A stretch of DNA of 53,960 nt from Nemertoderma westbladi (taxonomy: Eukaryota; Animalia; Xenacoelomorpha). Position numbers and translations under genes: made by a program. Location: NCBI GenBank assembly GCA_032718475.1, contig JAUCBJ010007763.1, positions 1-53,960 of the forward strand, given 5' to 3'. Numbering within the stretch: position 1 is the stretch's first letter; every line of letters starts with the position of its first letter. Shown one piece after another: positions 35,000-47,830 of the stretch. Under the pieces are notes generated by a model. The model ran no database searches. It was not told the origin of the DNA and saw only the letters and a program-made list of their open reading frames with translations.

Positions 35000-36430
35000 A
35001 GTTATTTATTTCGGTTCCCCAACCAAGATAATAATATTATATCTACATTTGGCTGGTTTGATCTATAATTTAACTTTTTAAAAATCTTTTTTTATTATTG
35101 AACACATTCCTGATCCTCCACATATTCTCCAAACAACATCATATTGTCATGGATAGAGAATAAATAATTTAGGTGATAGCAAGGACTTCTTGATGGTATT
35201 TATTCTGGACTGTAGATATTCTAGTTATAGTTCTAGAAGTCCTTTATGATAACAACCACCCCTGTGCTGTTTTAACTCCTTGAATATATACCACCTGTAC
35301 ATTTTCCAAAAGTGCCATTACCAAACTGCAAGTACAGTATGCTAACATGATAACTATAATAAAGAAATGATAGTGCAAGATCTCAACATATGATTGGATT
35401 TACCACAACTTTTCTAATAAGATTGCATAATTAACATTTTCGAAAGCTGCACAGATATCCAGCTGTTATAGAAAGGTTGTTCGACAGTGTTGTCTTTCCC
35501 TATCCAAAACTTCATAGATTGTCCCATCAAAGATAGTTAGTGTCACGGTTGAAAGTTATCCAGATAATAATAAGGATTCAACGATTTTTGATTTTTGCTA
35601 ATATTATACTGATCGATACTATTGGTCGGTATGATGATTCAGAGAGCCAATTTCTACCTTTACCTTTACAAAGAAATGCCCTTTAGTACAGATTTTCAAA
35701 ACATCAATGGAACTTTTTTCCAATATATATAACAATATATATAACAATAAACTAGCATTGATATGTGATGCAATGACAAGAAAAATGAAATCAGTTTTTC
35801 AGGGTAAAATTTGCTCGACAATTCGGGATAATATACCCTGATTTTATTACGTTTAATGAGAGAATTACTTGTTAGTACTGGAAACATTTAGAAGAGTTGA
35901 TAACTTATTAATATCACAATTTAGAGAGTTCATTGTCTGAACTTGTTCACTGAACTTGTTGTAGTTCACTGACTTAAACAGTCATTGTTATGTGCTGCGT
36001 CTTTGTAATTGTTAATTATTTCATATTGGATATCTAGGTGGTTTTTCATTAGATTTGGTATTTATTTCTTGCCATAATTTCATCGGGTTGTAATACAATG
36101 AATTTATTGTTATAGAGACAATTTTAACTCCTATTACTTTTTTCCCCAAACTCATTTAGATCGGTATAGTTCAGGTTGGCATAACATAGTCTTTTTGAAA
36201 TTTTATATTAAACTAATTTACAGTAATTGTTTTATCTTCATCCTTTACCTTTCTCTAAGCAAATCAACATTCATTTGTGAGGAAGTTATGAAGGGACTTT
36301 ATCTTTGAGAAATTAATCTTTGTAAGATCTAAGTGGGCTTTATGGCTCTGATGAGTTCATCAGTCTCATCTCCATTTGAATAGAGGCCCAAGGTTCTCCC
36401 TTCTGTGATCAAGCCAGAACCTGTCATGGT
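35000..36430 (-). pseudogene. Highly decayed LINE reverse transcriptase fragment
   Basis: Minus-strand peptides KGKGRNWLSESSYRPIVSI (~35615-35670) and DICAAFENVNYAILLEKL (~35406-35460) match the RT motifs YRPI and DxxxAFDxVxHxxLLxKL. Many stops; boundaries approximate. Confidence 0.6.
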
Positions 36431-36507
36431 CAATAAATGATTAACGAATAATGCAATATATAATTAGATAATTGCGCGCACAGAAACGCTGGCACTATGG
36501 AGTACAA

Positions 36508-39121
36508 GGTTACGTCGCGTTTCGGCAACTGTCACGTTTAGGCAACTCGAATTCGCGTTTCGGCAACTGAACAAATATGTTTCACAAACTGCTATAGTTG
36601 TGTTTCGGCATCTCGTAGTTGCATTTCGGCGAACTGAAGTCGCGTTTCGGCAACTAGGCCACATACCCTCGTATGTAATGTAACTGTGACTGCACTCATT
36701 ATGTAAGTAAATTATAAATGTTGAGTTAGTATGTTTAAGTTAGGGCAGTGATTTTTTATGTCCTTTTATTTGACTTTTTTTGTCATTTTTTTTTACGAAT
36801 TATGCATAATGACTTTTGTTGTCCTTTTAATGACTTTTATTGTCCTTTTAATGACTTTTTATGTATGTATTTCTTCAAACTGTCAGACTGCTGATTTCTG
36901 GACTGTCAGACAGTTGATTTCACTATGCATGTGCCAAAACATTCCATAATTCCATGATTTATAGACTATGAGATAGATTTCCATATGCGCCTGTGGTAAA
37001 AGACTCTAAATTTAATAGTTTGTGGTTGTTGTCGATAATCGATTACCACATGACGTAGCAAAACACTCATTTTATAGCCAAAAACAATTACCAATTGATG
37101 GAAAGGAGCAGGTTAAGGCCGAGTTTTCTAACCAAAACAATAAACAGTCACTTTACCAAATCAGGGAAAAGAGCAGGTTACAGAGACGGGATTTTCTAAC
37201 CAAAACAATAAACGATCACTTAACTAATTGAGGGAAAGGAGCAGGTTACAGAGGCGGGATTTTCTAACCAAAACAATAAACGATCACTTAACTTATTGAG
37301 GGAAAGGAACAGGTTACAGAGGCGGGATTTTCTAACCAAAACAATAAACGATCATTTAACTAATTGAGGGAAAGGGACAGGTTACAGAGGCGGAATTTTC
37401 TAACCAAAACAATAAACGATCACTTAACTAATTGAGGGAAAGGAGCAGGTTACAGAGGCGGGATTTTCTAACCAAAACAATAAACGATCATTTAACTAAT
37501 TGAGGGAAAGGGGCAGGTTACAGAGGCGGGCCTTTCTAACCAAAACAATAAACGGTCACTTTACCAATTCAGGGAAAGGAGCAGGTTACAGAGGCGGGAT
37601 TTTCTAACCAAAACAATAAACGATCATTTAACTAATTGAGGGAAAGGGGCAGGTTACAGAGGCGGGATTTTCTAACCAAAACAATAAACGATCGATCATT
37701 TAACTAATTGAGGGAAAGGAGCAGGTTACAGAGACGGGATTTTCTAACCAAAACAATAAACGATAACATTACCAATTGAGAGAAAGGAGCAGGTTACAGA
37801 GGCGGGATTTTCTAACCAAAACAATAAACGATAACATTACCAATTGAGGGAAAGGAGCAGGTTACAGAGGCGGGATTTTCTAACCAAAACAATAAACGAT
37901 CACTTAACTAATTGAGGGAAAGGAGCAGGTTAAGGCCGGATTTCCTAACCAAAACAATCAAGCAATCAAAACCAAAACCAAAACAGTCACTTTACCAAAT
38001 CAGGGAAAGGAGCTGGTTATCCGTAACACTACTCAGACAGTAGTCATGATCCATTATTGATTATAAAACTAATACAGTAATAGGCCTAAATTATGTGAAA
38101 GGTATATATCCACATTTTCCACAATCCTGCAATCCAGTTTGGCCTATCAATTATTTAAAATTTATTAGCACAACCGGTAGGCCTACCATTACGGTCTTTA
38201 AATGGTAGGCTACACAGTAGGCCTACCATTACCGTATTTAAATGGTAGGCTACACAGTAGGCCTGACCATAAGACCAGGCTGGTCTTGGTCAGGCTGATC
38301 TTGGGCCAGTAGATGATAATAGTATAATAGAAATAGTAAGTAGTGTTGGAGTAGGCGTGGGAAAACTAATGTAAAATAAAAATAAATAATGGGAAATGTA
38401 ATGAGTCAAAGGTAATAAATAATACTGATTTGCTCTGCCCTATGTTGATACAATGCAGGTCAATAAGTGGTAGAAATTTACGTAATATTGCAACAGAGTG
38501 TGATACTTCAAACCTATCTATTTTAACGCCTGCATTAATTAGTACGAAACTTATGTTCCTATTCCATCAGGTGAAGAATGGAAAGTAGATACATGTAAAG
38601 ATTTAATTGATGCCTAATCGGTTTTTCGGTGATTCCGGGTTTTGAGGGTGAAGAGATCCAAAGTTTACTAAACTATATTTCATCGTGCTAGGAGTAAGTA
38701 AATAGTTATTTTTTCGTTAACTTTTGTTGTATGTATAAGTAATGTGCATATTGAATATAGTATATTCCCGTGCCATTTATACACCACACTACGTACGCTC
38801 TTTATAATATGTGCTACTAATAATTACTATACTACAGTGCTGTGCCAATAATTATTAATGTAGTGTTACTTTACTTAATTTGTACTTATACGTTGTATAA
38901 TGTACGTAATAAACAAATCAAATACGATGGTGACGTTGAGATTCCACCTATCTCTAGACTCTAGGCTCTATACAGTATCCAGTTGGCCTTTGTTTACGAG
39001 TTGCCGAAACGCATCTATCAGTTTGCCTAAGCGCATCCTGTTAACAGTTGCCGGAATGCAACTATGAGTTGCCGAAACGTGGCTATAACGCTAGTATCAG
39101 TTGCCGAAACGCGATGAAACC
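36508..39121. mobile_element. Non-autonomous Mutator-like (MULE) element, 2614 bp, with a 9-bp TSD
   Basis: TSD GGAGTACAA at 36499-36507 and 39122-39130. Termini GGTTACGTCGCGTTTCGGCAACT and AGTTGCCGAAACGCGATGAAACC. Subterminal arrays of GTTTCGGCAACT (left) and AGTTGCCGAAAC (right). No transposase ORF. Confidence 0.85.
37070..38020. repeat. 68-bp satellite (~14 copies) inside the MULE
   Basis: Unit GCAGGTTACAGAGGCGGGATTTTCTAACCAAAACAATAAACGATCACTTAACTAATTGAGGGAAAGGA. AGGTTAC at 37243 and 37311 gives period 68. Confidence 0.95.
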
Positions 39122-40094
39122 GGAGTACAATCCTAACCAATGTAAATGATCGCATCAATTCCCGTGATGGCAAAGCTAGTGTGACTGGAACTGTCCAAAT
39201 ATAACTGGGAATGGTATACAAAGTAGATCTGATTCTTAAAAAAATTAATAATTATACTGTATAGTGTATTAAATACACCTCAGACAAAAAATATTTATAT
39301 ATTTGTATTAATATTACAGGCTGAATCTGCGAGGATTCAACGTGAATCTGACCCTGAAAGTGAAAACCAAGTTTTTGAACTTAAAATTTAATAAAGGACA
39401 AAAAGATCATATCTTCAGCTGGAAATTTTATAGCTTTTTAAGAAATATTGGCTTGCTTTTAATTTTATGAAGGTCGCTATGTCGAGCATTCCATATAGAT
39501 GGACCATTAAAACTGAGTGGTAAGTGCAATCTCCAGTCAGACAGGAGGAAGATGGAACAACACGGAGGCGGCAGAGCCCGTACAGTAGTTGTGAACGGAT
39601 GAAGTGTGGAGCGGAGAATGTTAAACTTTTGGTACAATGTGAAAGCAGAGGCTCTGGAGTGTTGTGTGGAACCTGCTCTACAAGTCATAATATAGCGAAT
39701 AATTTTGTGTGAATTTATGTGAAGACTAACAGATACATTTGAGTATTTTGTTGTGTTTTATAGTGTATAGGGTATAGATGACTGGGAGGGAACTACGACA
39801 ATTGCCCCCCCCCCCCCCCCCCCCCCCCCCGACAATTTCGGGATTCAATTTTCAAAATGGTGGGGTTTGCTACATGTCGTTGTCATCGTGGCGGCTTCGA
39901 TTCGTGTCGCCCTATACTTATAGAACAGTTGCTTGCGTGATCCCAACCCCTCTAACTCTACGACGCCTCTATAACGAAATTTGGCATTGTCCCAACAACT
40001 GAGAAGGACCAACTCATAGAGATTTACGACTAAAGTAAAAAGTAAAGTAAATTTTCTTCCGCCACTAGGCCAGGGATTACGCACAAAGTCTGAC

Positions 40095-40312
40095 AACTTA
40101 TTTCCAGTGCGGTTCCCCCAGAACTTTACTCCGCAGAGGAAACTCCAGTACTCATTTAGCTACCACTTAAGGATGCAAAGCAGCGATGCGCCCTGGCCGG
40201 TCCCTTTAAAGCATTCGTGCCGAAACGAAAACTGCCCTGGCCCATGTGAGGATCGAACCCACGACCTACGGGAGATGTGAATTCAATGCAACCACTACAC
40301 CAAGGTGGAACC
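40095..40312 (-). mobile_element. tRNA-derived SINE with a central core
   Basis: Minus strand: A box TGGTGTAGTGG, B box GGTTCGATCC, then core GTAGCTAAATGAGTAC resembling conserved invertebrate SINE central domains. A second fragment lies at 15361. Confidence 0.7.
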
Positions 40313-41327
40313 AAGGTGGCTCCAGGTGGCTAGACCATATAAGAAAGCACGCACACAAAAAAAATTGTGAAACTAATATTTTTAAAGATAGAGAGAAGAA
40401 AATTATAAGAAACATTGAGGGGCTCGATTTATAAATTACGACCTCGAAAGTGTGATACGCATGAAAACACACTCGCAAAGCGCGTAAGTATTTTTTCATA
40501 AACACTAAAATCTCAAAGTGGACTGAGAACTTTACATTTAGTTAATTCGAGGTCGCTGACAACGAATATAAAGTATGATAATTACATTTCGCCAAACCGG
40601 ACTGGTTTTATAGGTCGACAAAGTTCTTAAATAATAATCGATTTTTTTTTATTTTAGTCAACACAAATATTTATCGGAATTTTTTAAAAACATTTCTAAT
40701 GGGTAACTTGAGTGTGTTGATTCGGAATCTGAAATCTGTTTTCAATTTAGGCCCTTGGTTCAGGATTTAAAATAGCCAACTGCATATGCATGTATAATAG
40801 GACATGCGAAAAAATAATTTAAAACTTCCCGCCAATTTTAATATTCGATATTTTGCCTATCATATGGTAAAAATCGCGTGTAAAATATTTTATATATTTC
40901 GCTATTATTATGATATTAAAAGGTAATTAAAAGTTCAATTAATATTTTGGACAGAATTACTAGTCGTAGCGGGCTAAATTCAGAATATCAAAAATTTATA
41001 TTTATATTTATCTTGATCTCCTGTGTGTCTTTTTCGGAAATTTAAAAACCACAATGCTTCTCATTGAAAATCATTAATATCCATATCATGATTTCTACCT
41101 ATATAATTCGGGTTTGGCCCTACCTACATTCCAATATAAATAGTAAATGGTGACCAATCTGAGTATTTCCCAATATTCATACCTACGATTCTAATATGAA
41201 TTACTTTCAGGTGGGTGTGCAATATTCTTTATTCTCTTCTACCACAATTAAACCTACAAGCCACAACCATATTTAAATCGTATATTTTACAAGGGCCATC
41301 TATAACAATTAATTATTATTGATAATG

Positions 41328-41429
41328 CCACCAAGACGTTGAATAAAGGCCTGTTGGCCGCAATATACGTCATATATATTTATTATTCTTGGTCACTTTT
41401 GGTCTTAATTAAAGTTTCAAATATGATTA
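41328..41429 (+). repeat. ~100-bp direct repeat, copy 1 (Penelope pLTR-like)
   Basis: CCACCAAGACGTTGAATAAAGGCCTGTTGGCCGCAAT...TTTCAAATATGATTA recurs at 45319-45445. Confidence 0.8.
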
Positions 41430-41484
41430 ATTCAGTGATATGGGCACACAACTTACTACAACGTATACCGGTCAGGTCCGGTCA

Positions 41485-44400
41485 GGTATTCTAGGTCATT
41501 GATCAAGAAAACTTGCCACCTCCATGCAGCATAAAGGAGGTGCCACCTGCAGCTGCATAGACCCTCTTACTAGGGCAAATCTGGTCCTGAACTAGGACCC
41601 CCTTCGTTCTGGGATAAGGACGCCCTTGGTCCTGGATTAAGGACCCATATACTTGGCTGCAGGGGTATATGACATGGCTAGGTTGATAGTGATATAGCAG
41701 TGGCTGGTCAGGAGTAGATTGTTCTCATGTCCACTCTGAGTGCACTTCACTGCGACCTGCACCTGGCTGCAGGGGTACAGGGCATGACCCAGCAGATGAG
41801 CTTCACAGCCAAAGGTGGGTCATGTGCGCCAGAGTAGATATCGCCAGAGTGATGGGCCTCATATCTGACTCCACTGAGACACCCACCCTGTGGAATGGCA
41901 AACCAGGGTGTGGTATTTGCCCCGAGAGCTGACTCGGCAAAAAAGCACCCCCAACCCACACTATGGATTACATTAGTAATGCGGAGGCCACTAGAGGCCA
42001 GTGGAATTACCGGACACAATCGGCCTCACAGGCATCAGTTATCTCCTGACCGGCTGCCTGTCTCACCCCCTACTGGAGAGAGAGCAGCCAACAATTCTTT
42101 GAGTCCCTTTCCTGATGACCTTTCGGCCCAAACCCTGGGACACCAGGGAGGCCAGATTGTGAGGGGGAGAAGGATTCTGGAGTTGGAGGCTACTCTCATG
42201 TTCCACCCCGACCAACAAAGACATTAGTGAATCTGAGGCAAGTCACTAGACTAGCCTCAGTAAACACCCTAACACTCGGGTCCCCAATGCGACAAGGTGA
42301 GCTGACTGCCTTGGCAGATAAGCTTTATCTCAGCGCAGTGGGTGTACAAGAGCACCGAATGCAGACTGGACAGACTGATGAGGTTGTGATTAAGGACATG
42401 GGGGTGGTTGGCGACTCGCCCTCGTGTCAGCAGATGCTAGTGGCAACAGTGGAATTGGTCTATTGATGAATCCAACTGCACATGCAGCATTGGACAAAAT
42501 AGACCAAATCTCTAACCGCATCATCCGTTGTCACTTTTCATGTTCTGGAAGACTGGCTAAGAAGTTTCCTAAGGTGGTTCTGATTGTGTGCTACTCTCCA
42601 ACCAGTGTTGCCCCTGTAGAGGAGGTGGAAAATATCTACCACAATCTACAAGCAGCTACTGATGGAGTGGATCAGCATGCATTCTTAACATTCCTGGGAG
42701 ACTTTAATGCAAGTCTGCATCAATCACCTACATCGCCCTGGGTCTTTAGCAATAGTGTGAACCGAAATTCCGTCCATCTTCAGGATTTTATCTCTGGAAA
42801 TGGATTGTTTTCGGCAGGAACCCAGTTCAAGAAGCGAACTGGAAAGCTATGGACTCATAGTGGACCCAGTGGTCACAAGTCCCAGATAGACCATATTCTG
42901 TTTCGTAGGAAATACAGGAGCTCTATACAAGACTGTAATGAATTTACACTTCGACCCTTCTCCAGTGATCACCGCTTTATTGTGGCCAAGGTAAGACTTA
43001 GTCTGCGTGCTAGCAGAACAACGAAATCTGCCTTGCCGCGGCAGGACTGGTCCTCTCTGTTGCAACAGCCAAGTGTGAGATCCAGCTTCACACTACAGTT
43101 GAGCAACAGGTATGAGGTTCTTGCCTCTGAGGCGGCAGATCACTGCGAGGGCTATACTGCCTTCACAAAAGCAATTAAGTTAGCAGCTGCAGAAACAGTT
43201 CCTGTATACCCTCGAAACAGGAAAAGGGCCCCCTGGACTGACAGCAAAATTCAGAAGTGCCGAAATGACCTTCATAAGGCGCAGAAAGAGTCCCGACTCA
43301 AACAGAATACAGCGGCCAAGAATGCAGTTAAAGCTGCATCTAGGTCCCTGAACAGGCAGTACTCTGTTAATCTACAGGAGCTAATAAACCAACAGGTTGA
43401 TGCCATCAATGATGCTGACGACAGCAGGCAATTATCCCAGGCATGGAAATAGATCAACTTGCTTACTGGTCGGAAAAGCCAACCAAACACCAAGGTTAAG
43501 GCTGAATCACCAGCCGATCGCCTCAATGGTTGGAAGGCCCACTTTGAAAAGCTCCTCAATAATGACAGGGTATTGCCTGATAACTTTATAGTAGTAAAAG
43601 TGTGTGAGTGAGTCTGTACTCCCAGATATTCCCATTGGCGATATCTCCTTTGCAGAAGTGAAGGCTGCTGCAAAGAGCATTAAGACCAATCGTGCCAGTG
43701 GAGTAGATGGTGTTCCCCCTGAGGATCTTTAAAATACCTGAGTGTTTAAAGCTCATCTATCCCATCATAGTAGACATGTACCGAAAAACAAGAGTCCCAC
43801 AAGAAATGAAAACAAATAAGTTGGTACCAGTTCCCAAGAAGGGCATCCTAACACTCTATGGTTCTTTTCGGGGAATCTCATTGATCTCGATTGCTGCAAA
43901 GCTATACAATAGAATTCTATTAAATCGCATCAGGGATCCCATTGAGAGACTGCTCCGTGGAAATCAGAATGGGTTCCGTAAAGGTCGTGGGACCATGGAG
44001 CCCATTTTAGCACTTAGAAGGATAATTGAAGAGTTATCAAAAAAGAAAGACAGGCACCTGGCTGTTATCTTTGTTGACTTCTTCAAGGCCTTTGATTCAG
44101 TCTCTCGCTCACGTATGTTCAGCATACTTTCATTATATTGGATTCCTGGTGAAATTATTGCAGCAATCAGATCAGTATACGATGGTTCGACAACATTTGT
44201 GTCTACTGTTGACGGTGACACAGAACCATTTGAAGTGTTATGGGGCGTCCTCCAGGGAGACACACTTGCACCATTCTTGTTCATAATTGTTGTTGACTAT
44301 GATCTACGCATGTCCTTAGATCATCATAATGATGATGGGGTGATGATAACTCCACCTACTGGCTCCATAAGTCGAGGAAATCCTGCCAAGTACCTAACTG

Positions 44401-45221
44401 ATCTAGACTTTGCTGATGACTTAGGAGTACTCTCAGAATCACTAGAGGGAGCCTAACGGCTCCTCAGCTCATTAGAACATGCTGCTTCTAGTGTTGGTCT
44501 TTTTATTAACTACAGAAAGACCAACATTTTGACAGTTAACTTTGAAAGTCCTCAGCAAGTCTATGATCGGATGAGCATAAGCTCAAAAGATGGTATGCTT
44601 GAGCATGTGGACGACTTCTGTTATCTGGGATCATCGAATACCTTCGTTACCTTCGAATACGCAAGGGAAAGGCATGGGCAGCCTTGAATATGCTTTCTAG
44701 GATTTGGAAGTCACCAAGAATTAATCGGAAACTTAATTTCCGATTATTTAGAGCATTAGTAGTTCCAGTACTCCTCTATGCGAGTCCATGCTGGGCTCTA
44801 ACTGCAGAGGACACCAAATCTCTGGATGGCACATTCACATGAATGCTACGCCGGGTTCATTGTGTCAAGTACAATGCACACATCTCCAACCAGACACTAT
44901 ATAACATTGGAGGAGTCTCATTGGTTCCCCCAAGCTTGACACTAGAACAAAATCGCCTCCGCTTTGCAGGACATTGCTTTCGCCGTGAGGACCAGCCAGT
45001 GCATATTCTTGTACTTTGGCAGCCTCATGGAGTGAATAAGCATGGTGGACAGCCCATGACTTTCTTGAGACGCATCTTAAAGGGCACTGGCCTTCCTTCA
45101 AGATGCGGATGATCTAGCAAATGTCATGGGTGATAGGGAGTTGTGGCGGCGCAATTTTGTCGACAAGCCGGCACAGCATTCTTAAAAATGCAGCTGCAAT
45201 GCAGCATGCCGATCCTAGTGG
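41485..45221 (+). mobile_element. Near full-length but disabled RTE LINE (same family as 2458-5131)
   Basis: GC-rich 5' UTR with hairpins. Coding region ~41895-45185 with APE (SVNTLTL, VGVQEHR, GDFNA, SDH) and RT (FADD), broken by stops and frameshifts near 42225, 42405, 43450, 43600, 44454 and 44640. The 3' end is CCGATCCTAGT. The 5' boundary is approximate. Confidence 0.92.
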
Positions 45222-45318
45222 TACCGCCGGACCAGCACTACACCCTGTTTGAACTTTGTCTACACACCAAAAAGACAGATCGCTTCTGTATGCACTCTCT
45301 GTTCCTTCTCAACTGTCA

Positions 45319-45445
45319 CCACCAAGACGTTGAATAAAGGCCTGTTAGCCGCAATGTCATGTATATATATACTATATAAACTGTCATATATATTTATTAT
45401 ATTCTTGGTCACTTTTGGTCTTAATTAATGTTTCAAATATGATTA
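45319..45445 (+). repeat. ~100-bp direct repeat, copy 2
   Basis: Matches 41328-41429 apart from a ~25-bp TA-rich insertion. Confidence 0.8.
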
Positions 45446-45474
45446 TGGAGGGAATTTCACTCAGACCTGATCTC

Positions 45475-46820
45475 TGCTGTCGGTTGTCTCCTGTCGGTTG
45501 TCTGGAGAAGTTTTTCTGCGGTCGGTTGTCTGCTGTCGGTTGTCTCCAGTCGGTTGTCTGCTGTCAGTTGTCTGCTGTCGGTTGTCTCCTGTCGGTTGTC
45601 TGCTGTCGGTTGTTGGTTGTCGGTTGTCTGCAATCGGTTGTCGGCTGTCGATTGTCTGCTGTCGGTTGTCTGTTATCTTCGGTCGGTTCTCTGCTGTCGG
45701 TTGTCTGCTGTGGGTTGTCAGCCGTCGTTTGTCTGCTGTCGTTTGTATGATGTTGGTTGTCTGCTGTCGGTCATCTGTTGTCGGTTTCTGCTGTCGGTTG
45801 TCTGCTGTCGGTTGTCGGCTGTCGCTTGTCTGCAATCGGTTGTCGGCTGTCGGTTGTCTGCTATCGGTTGTCCGCGGTCGGTTGTCTGCTGTGGGTTATC
45901 TGCTGTCTCTTGTCTGTGGTGGGTTGTCTGTTGTCGGTTATCGGATGTCGGTGGTCTCCTGTCGGATGTCGGTTGTCACCTGTCGGTTGTCTGCTATCGG
46001 TTGTCTGCGGTCGGTTGTCTGCTGTCGTTTGTCTGCTGTCGGTTGTCTGCTATCGGTTCTCTGCAATCGGTTGTCGGCTGTCGGTTGTCTGCTGTCGTTT
46101 GTCTGCTGTCGGTTGTCTGATGTCGGTTGTCTGCTATCGGTTGTCTGCAATCGGTTGTTGGCTGTCGGTTGTCTGCTGCCAGTTGCCTGCTGCCGGTTGT
46201 CTGTTGTCGGTTATCGGATGTCGGTTGTCTTGTCTCCTATCGGATGTCGGATGTATCCTGTCGGTTGTCTGCTATCTGTTGTCTGTGGTCGATTGTCTGA
46301 TGTCGTTTGTCTGCTGTCGGTTGTCTGTTCTTCGTTCGGTTGTCTGCTGTTGGTTTTATGCTGTTGGTTGTCTGCTGTCGGTTGTCTGCTGTGGTTTGTC
46401 TGCTGTCGGTCGCCTGCTATCGGTTTTCTGCTGTCGGTTGTCTGCTGTCGGTTGTCGTTTGTCTACTGTCGGTAGTCTGCTGTTGGTTATCTGCTGTCTA
46501 CTGTCTGCGGTCGGTTGTCTGCTGCCGGCTGCGTTTGTCGGTTGTCCATTGTTTGCTGTCGGTTGTCTGTTGTCGGTTGTATGCTATCGGTTGTCGGTTA
46601 TCTGCTGTCTATTGTTGGCTGTCAGTTGTCTGCTGTCGGTAGTCTGCGGTCGGTTGTATGTTGTCTGCTGTTGGTTGTCTGCTGTCGGTTATCAGCTGTC
46701 GGTTGCCTGCTGTCTGTTGTCTGCTGTCGGTTGTCTGCTGTAGGTTGTTTACTGTCGGTTGTCTGCTGTCGGTTGTCTGCTGTCTGTTGCGGTTGTCTGC
46801 TGTCGGTTGTCGGCTGTCGG
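45475..46820. repeat. Degenerate 14-bp (7+7) satellite
   Basis: Consensus GTCGGTTGTCTGCT, ~95 copies. Confidence 0.95.
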
Positions 46821-46938
46821 CGTAACGTTTACACCCATTTTTTTTACAGCATTTGCTAGAATATAAATAATGTAGGCCTACACTCGGGTAATATCTCGGG
46901 TTTTATTATTTTACTCGATAAATTGAAAACACAATATT

Positions 46939-47723
46939 TAACATATATCAGACAGTCTGCATACGTACTGTAGGTAAGTCTCCGGTTTTACTGTAGTTAT
47001 ATAGACAATAATAAAATAACGTTATAAATAATTGCACTGAATTTTGAAGAAATATAATTAAGTTTTGAAAATAAATAGAAATGAATGAGATATTGCGGGA
47101 AAGAAAAGAAAATATTGAACAGAAATGTTAGACTAATATGAAAGGGGGGAGGGGACTTGGACAAGCAGATCGTGAGGGGGAGGGGGGGGGGGAATAACTA
47201 AAGTAGAAGTAGTTCAATGGACGTGGTGTGGTCATTGAGAGAGGGGCTTTGCGAACGGATGTAAAGTGTTTCTTTAATATTGAGTTCTAGAATATCTTTG
47301 CCAGTTGCGAGAATTTTGAAATTATCAGTAAGAATGGGGTGGTCACAGGAAATAGAATGGTCAAAAATAGCGGAATATTTAGGGACAGAGAACCTACCCG
47401 TGCGGTAGGTCTTACCAGTGTGTTCCTCAATGCGTTTCCCAAGGTGTCGTATGGTACGGCCAATGTAGGAGGCTGGGCAGCTTCCACAGGTGTACTTATA
47501 GAAGACACCGGAACGCATGAGAAGGGGGACGCAGTCTTTATAGGGAAAGAGGGAGGACAACCTACAGCTATTTTGGAAGACTATTTTGGGAAGCATCGAA
47601 ATAAACGTAATAGGCGATTCTTAATAAGACCTGTGACCTGTGAAAGGAAGGTTTAACTACAGTAAAACCAGTAAAACCGGTTGCCTACCTATAGTACGTA
47701 AGCAGACTGTCTGATATGTGTTA
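46939..47723 (-). mobile_element. 5'-truncated Penelope-like element with an inverted pLTR segment
   Basis: GIY-YIG ORF on the minus strand. 46939-46999 and 47654-47723 are inverted copies of each other, matching the known PLE 5'-inversion structure. Confidence 0.8.
47198..47596 (-). CDS. Penelope-like GIY-YIG endonuclease domain (C-terminal fragment)
   Basis: GVFYKYTCGSCPASYIGRTIRHLGKRIEEH...SAIFDH...CDH...FKIL...KETLYI...PSLN. Confidence 0.9.
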   Translation of the reverse strand: MLPKIVFQNSCRLSSLFPYKDCVPLLMRSGVFYKYTCGSCPASYIGRTIRHLGKRIEEHTGKTYRTGRFSVPKYSAIFDHSISCDHPILTDNFKILATGKDILELNIKETLYIRSQSPSLNDHTTSIELLLL

Positions 47724-47830
47724 TTTTACTTGCTCGCAGTTGTAATATGACTCACTTTATAACATCAGCTCCTAAAAACATCGGAGCGCACTTTATATTA
47801 ACAGCGCAAAATCGCTCAAAGGTCCGCGTC

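Noticed and set aside
39524-39712. Cys-rich peptide resembling a piggyBac C-terminal domain
   Set aside because: The cysteine spacing is incomplete and there is no upstream transposase sequence to support it.
45415-46859. Cys/Val/Leu-rich ORFs of up to 328 aa
   Set aside because: Translation of the 14-bp satellite.
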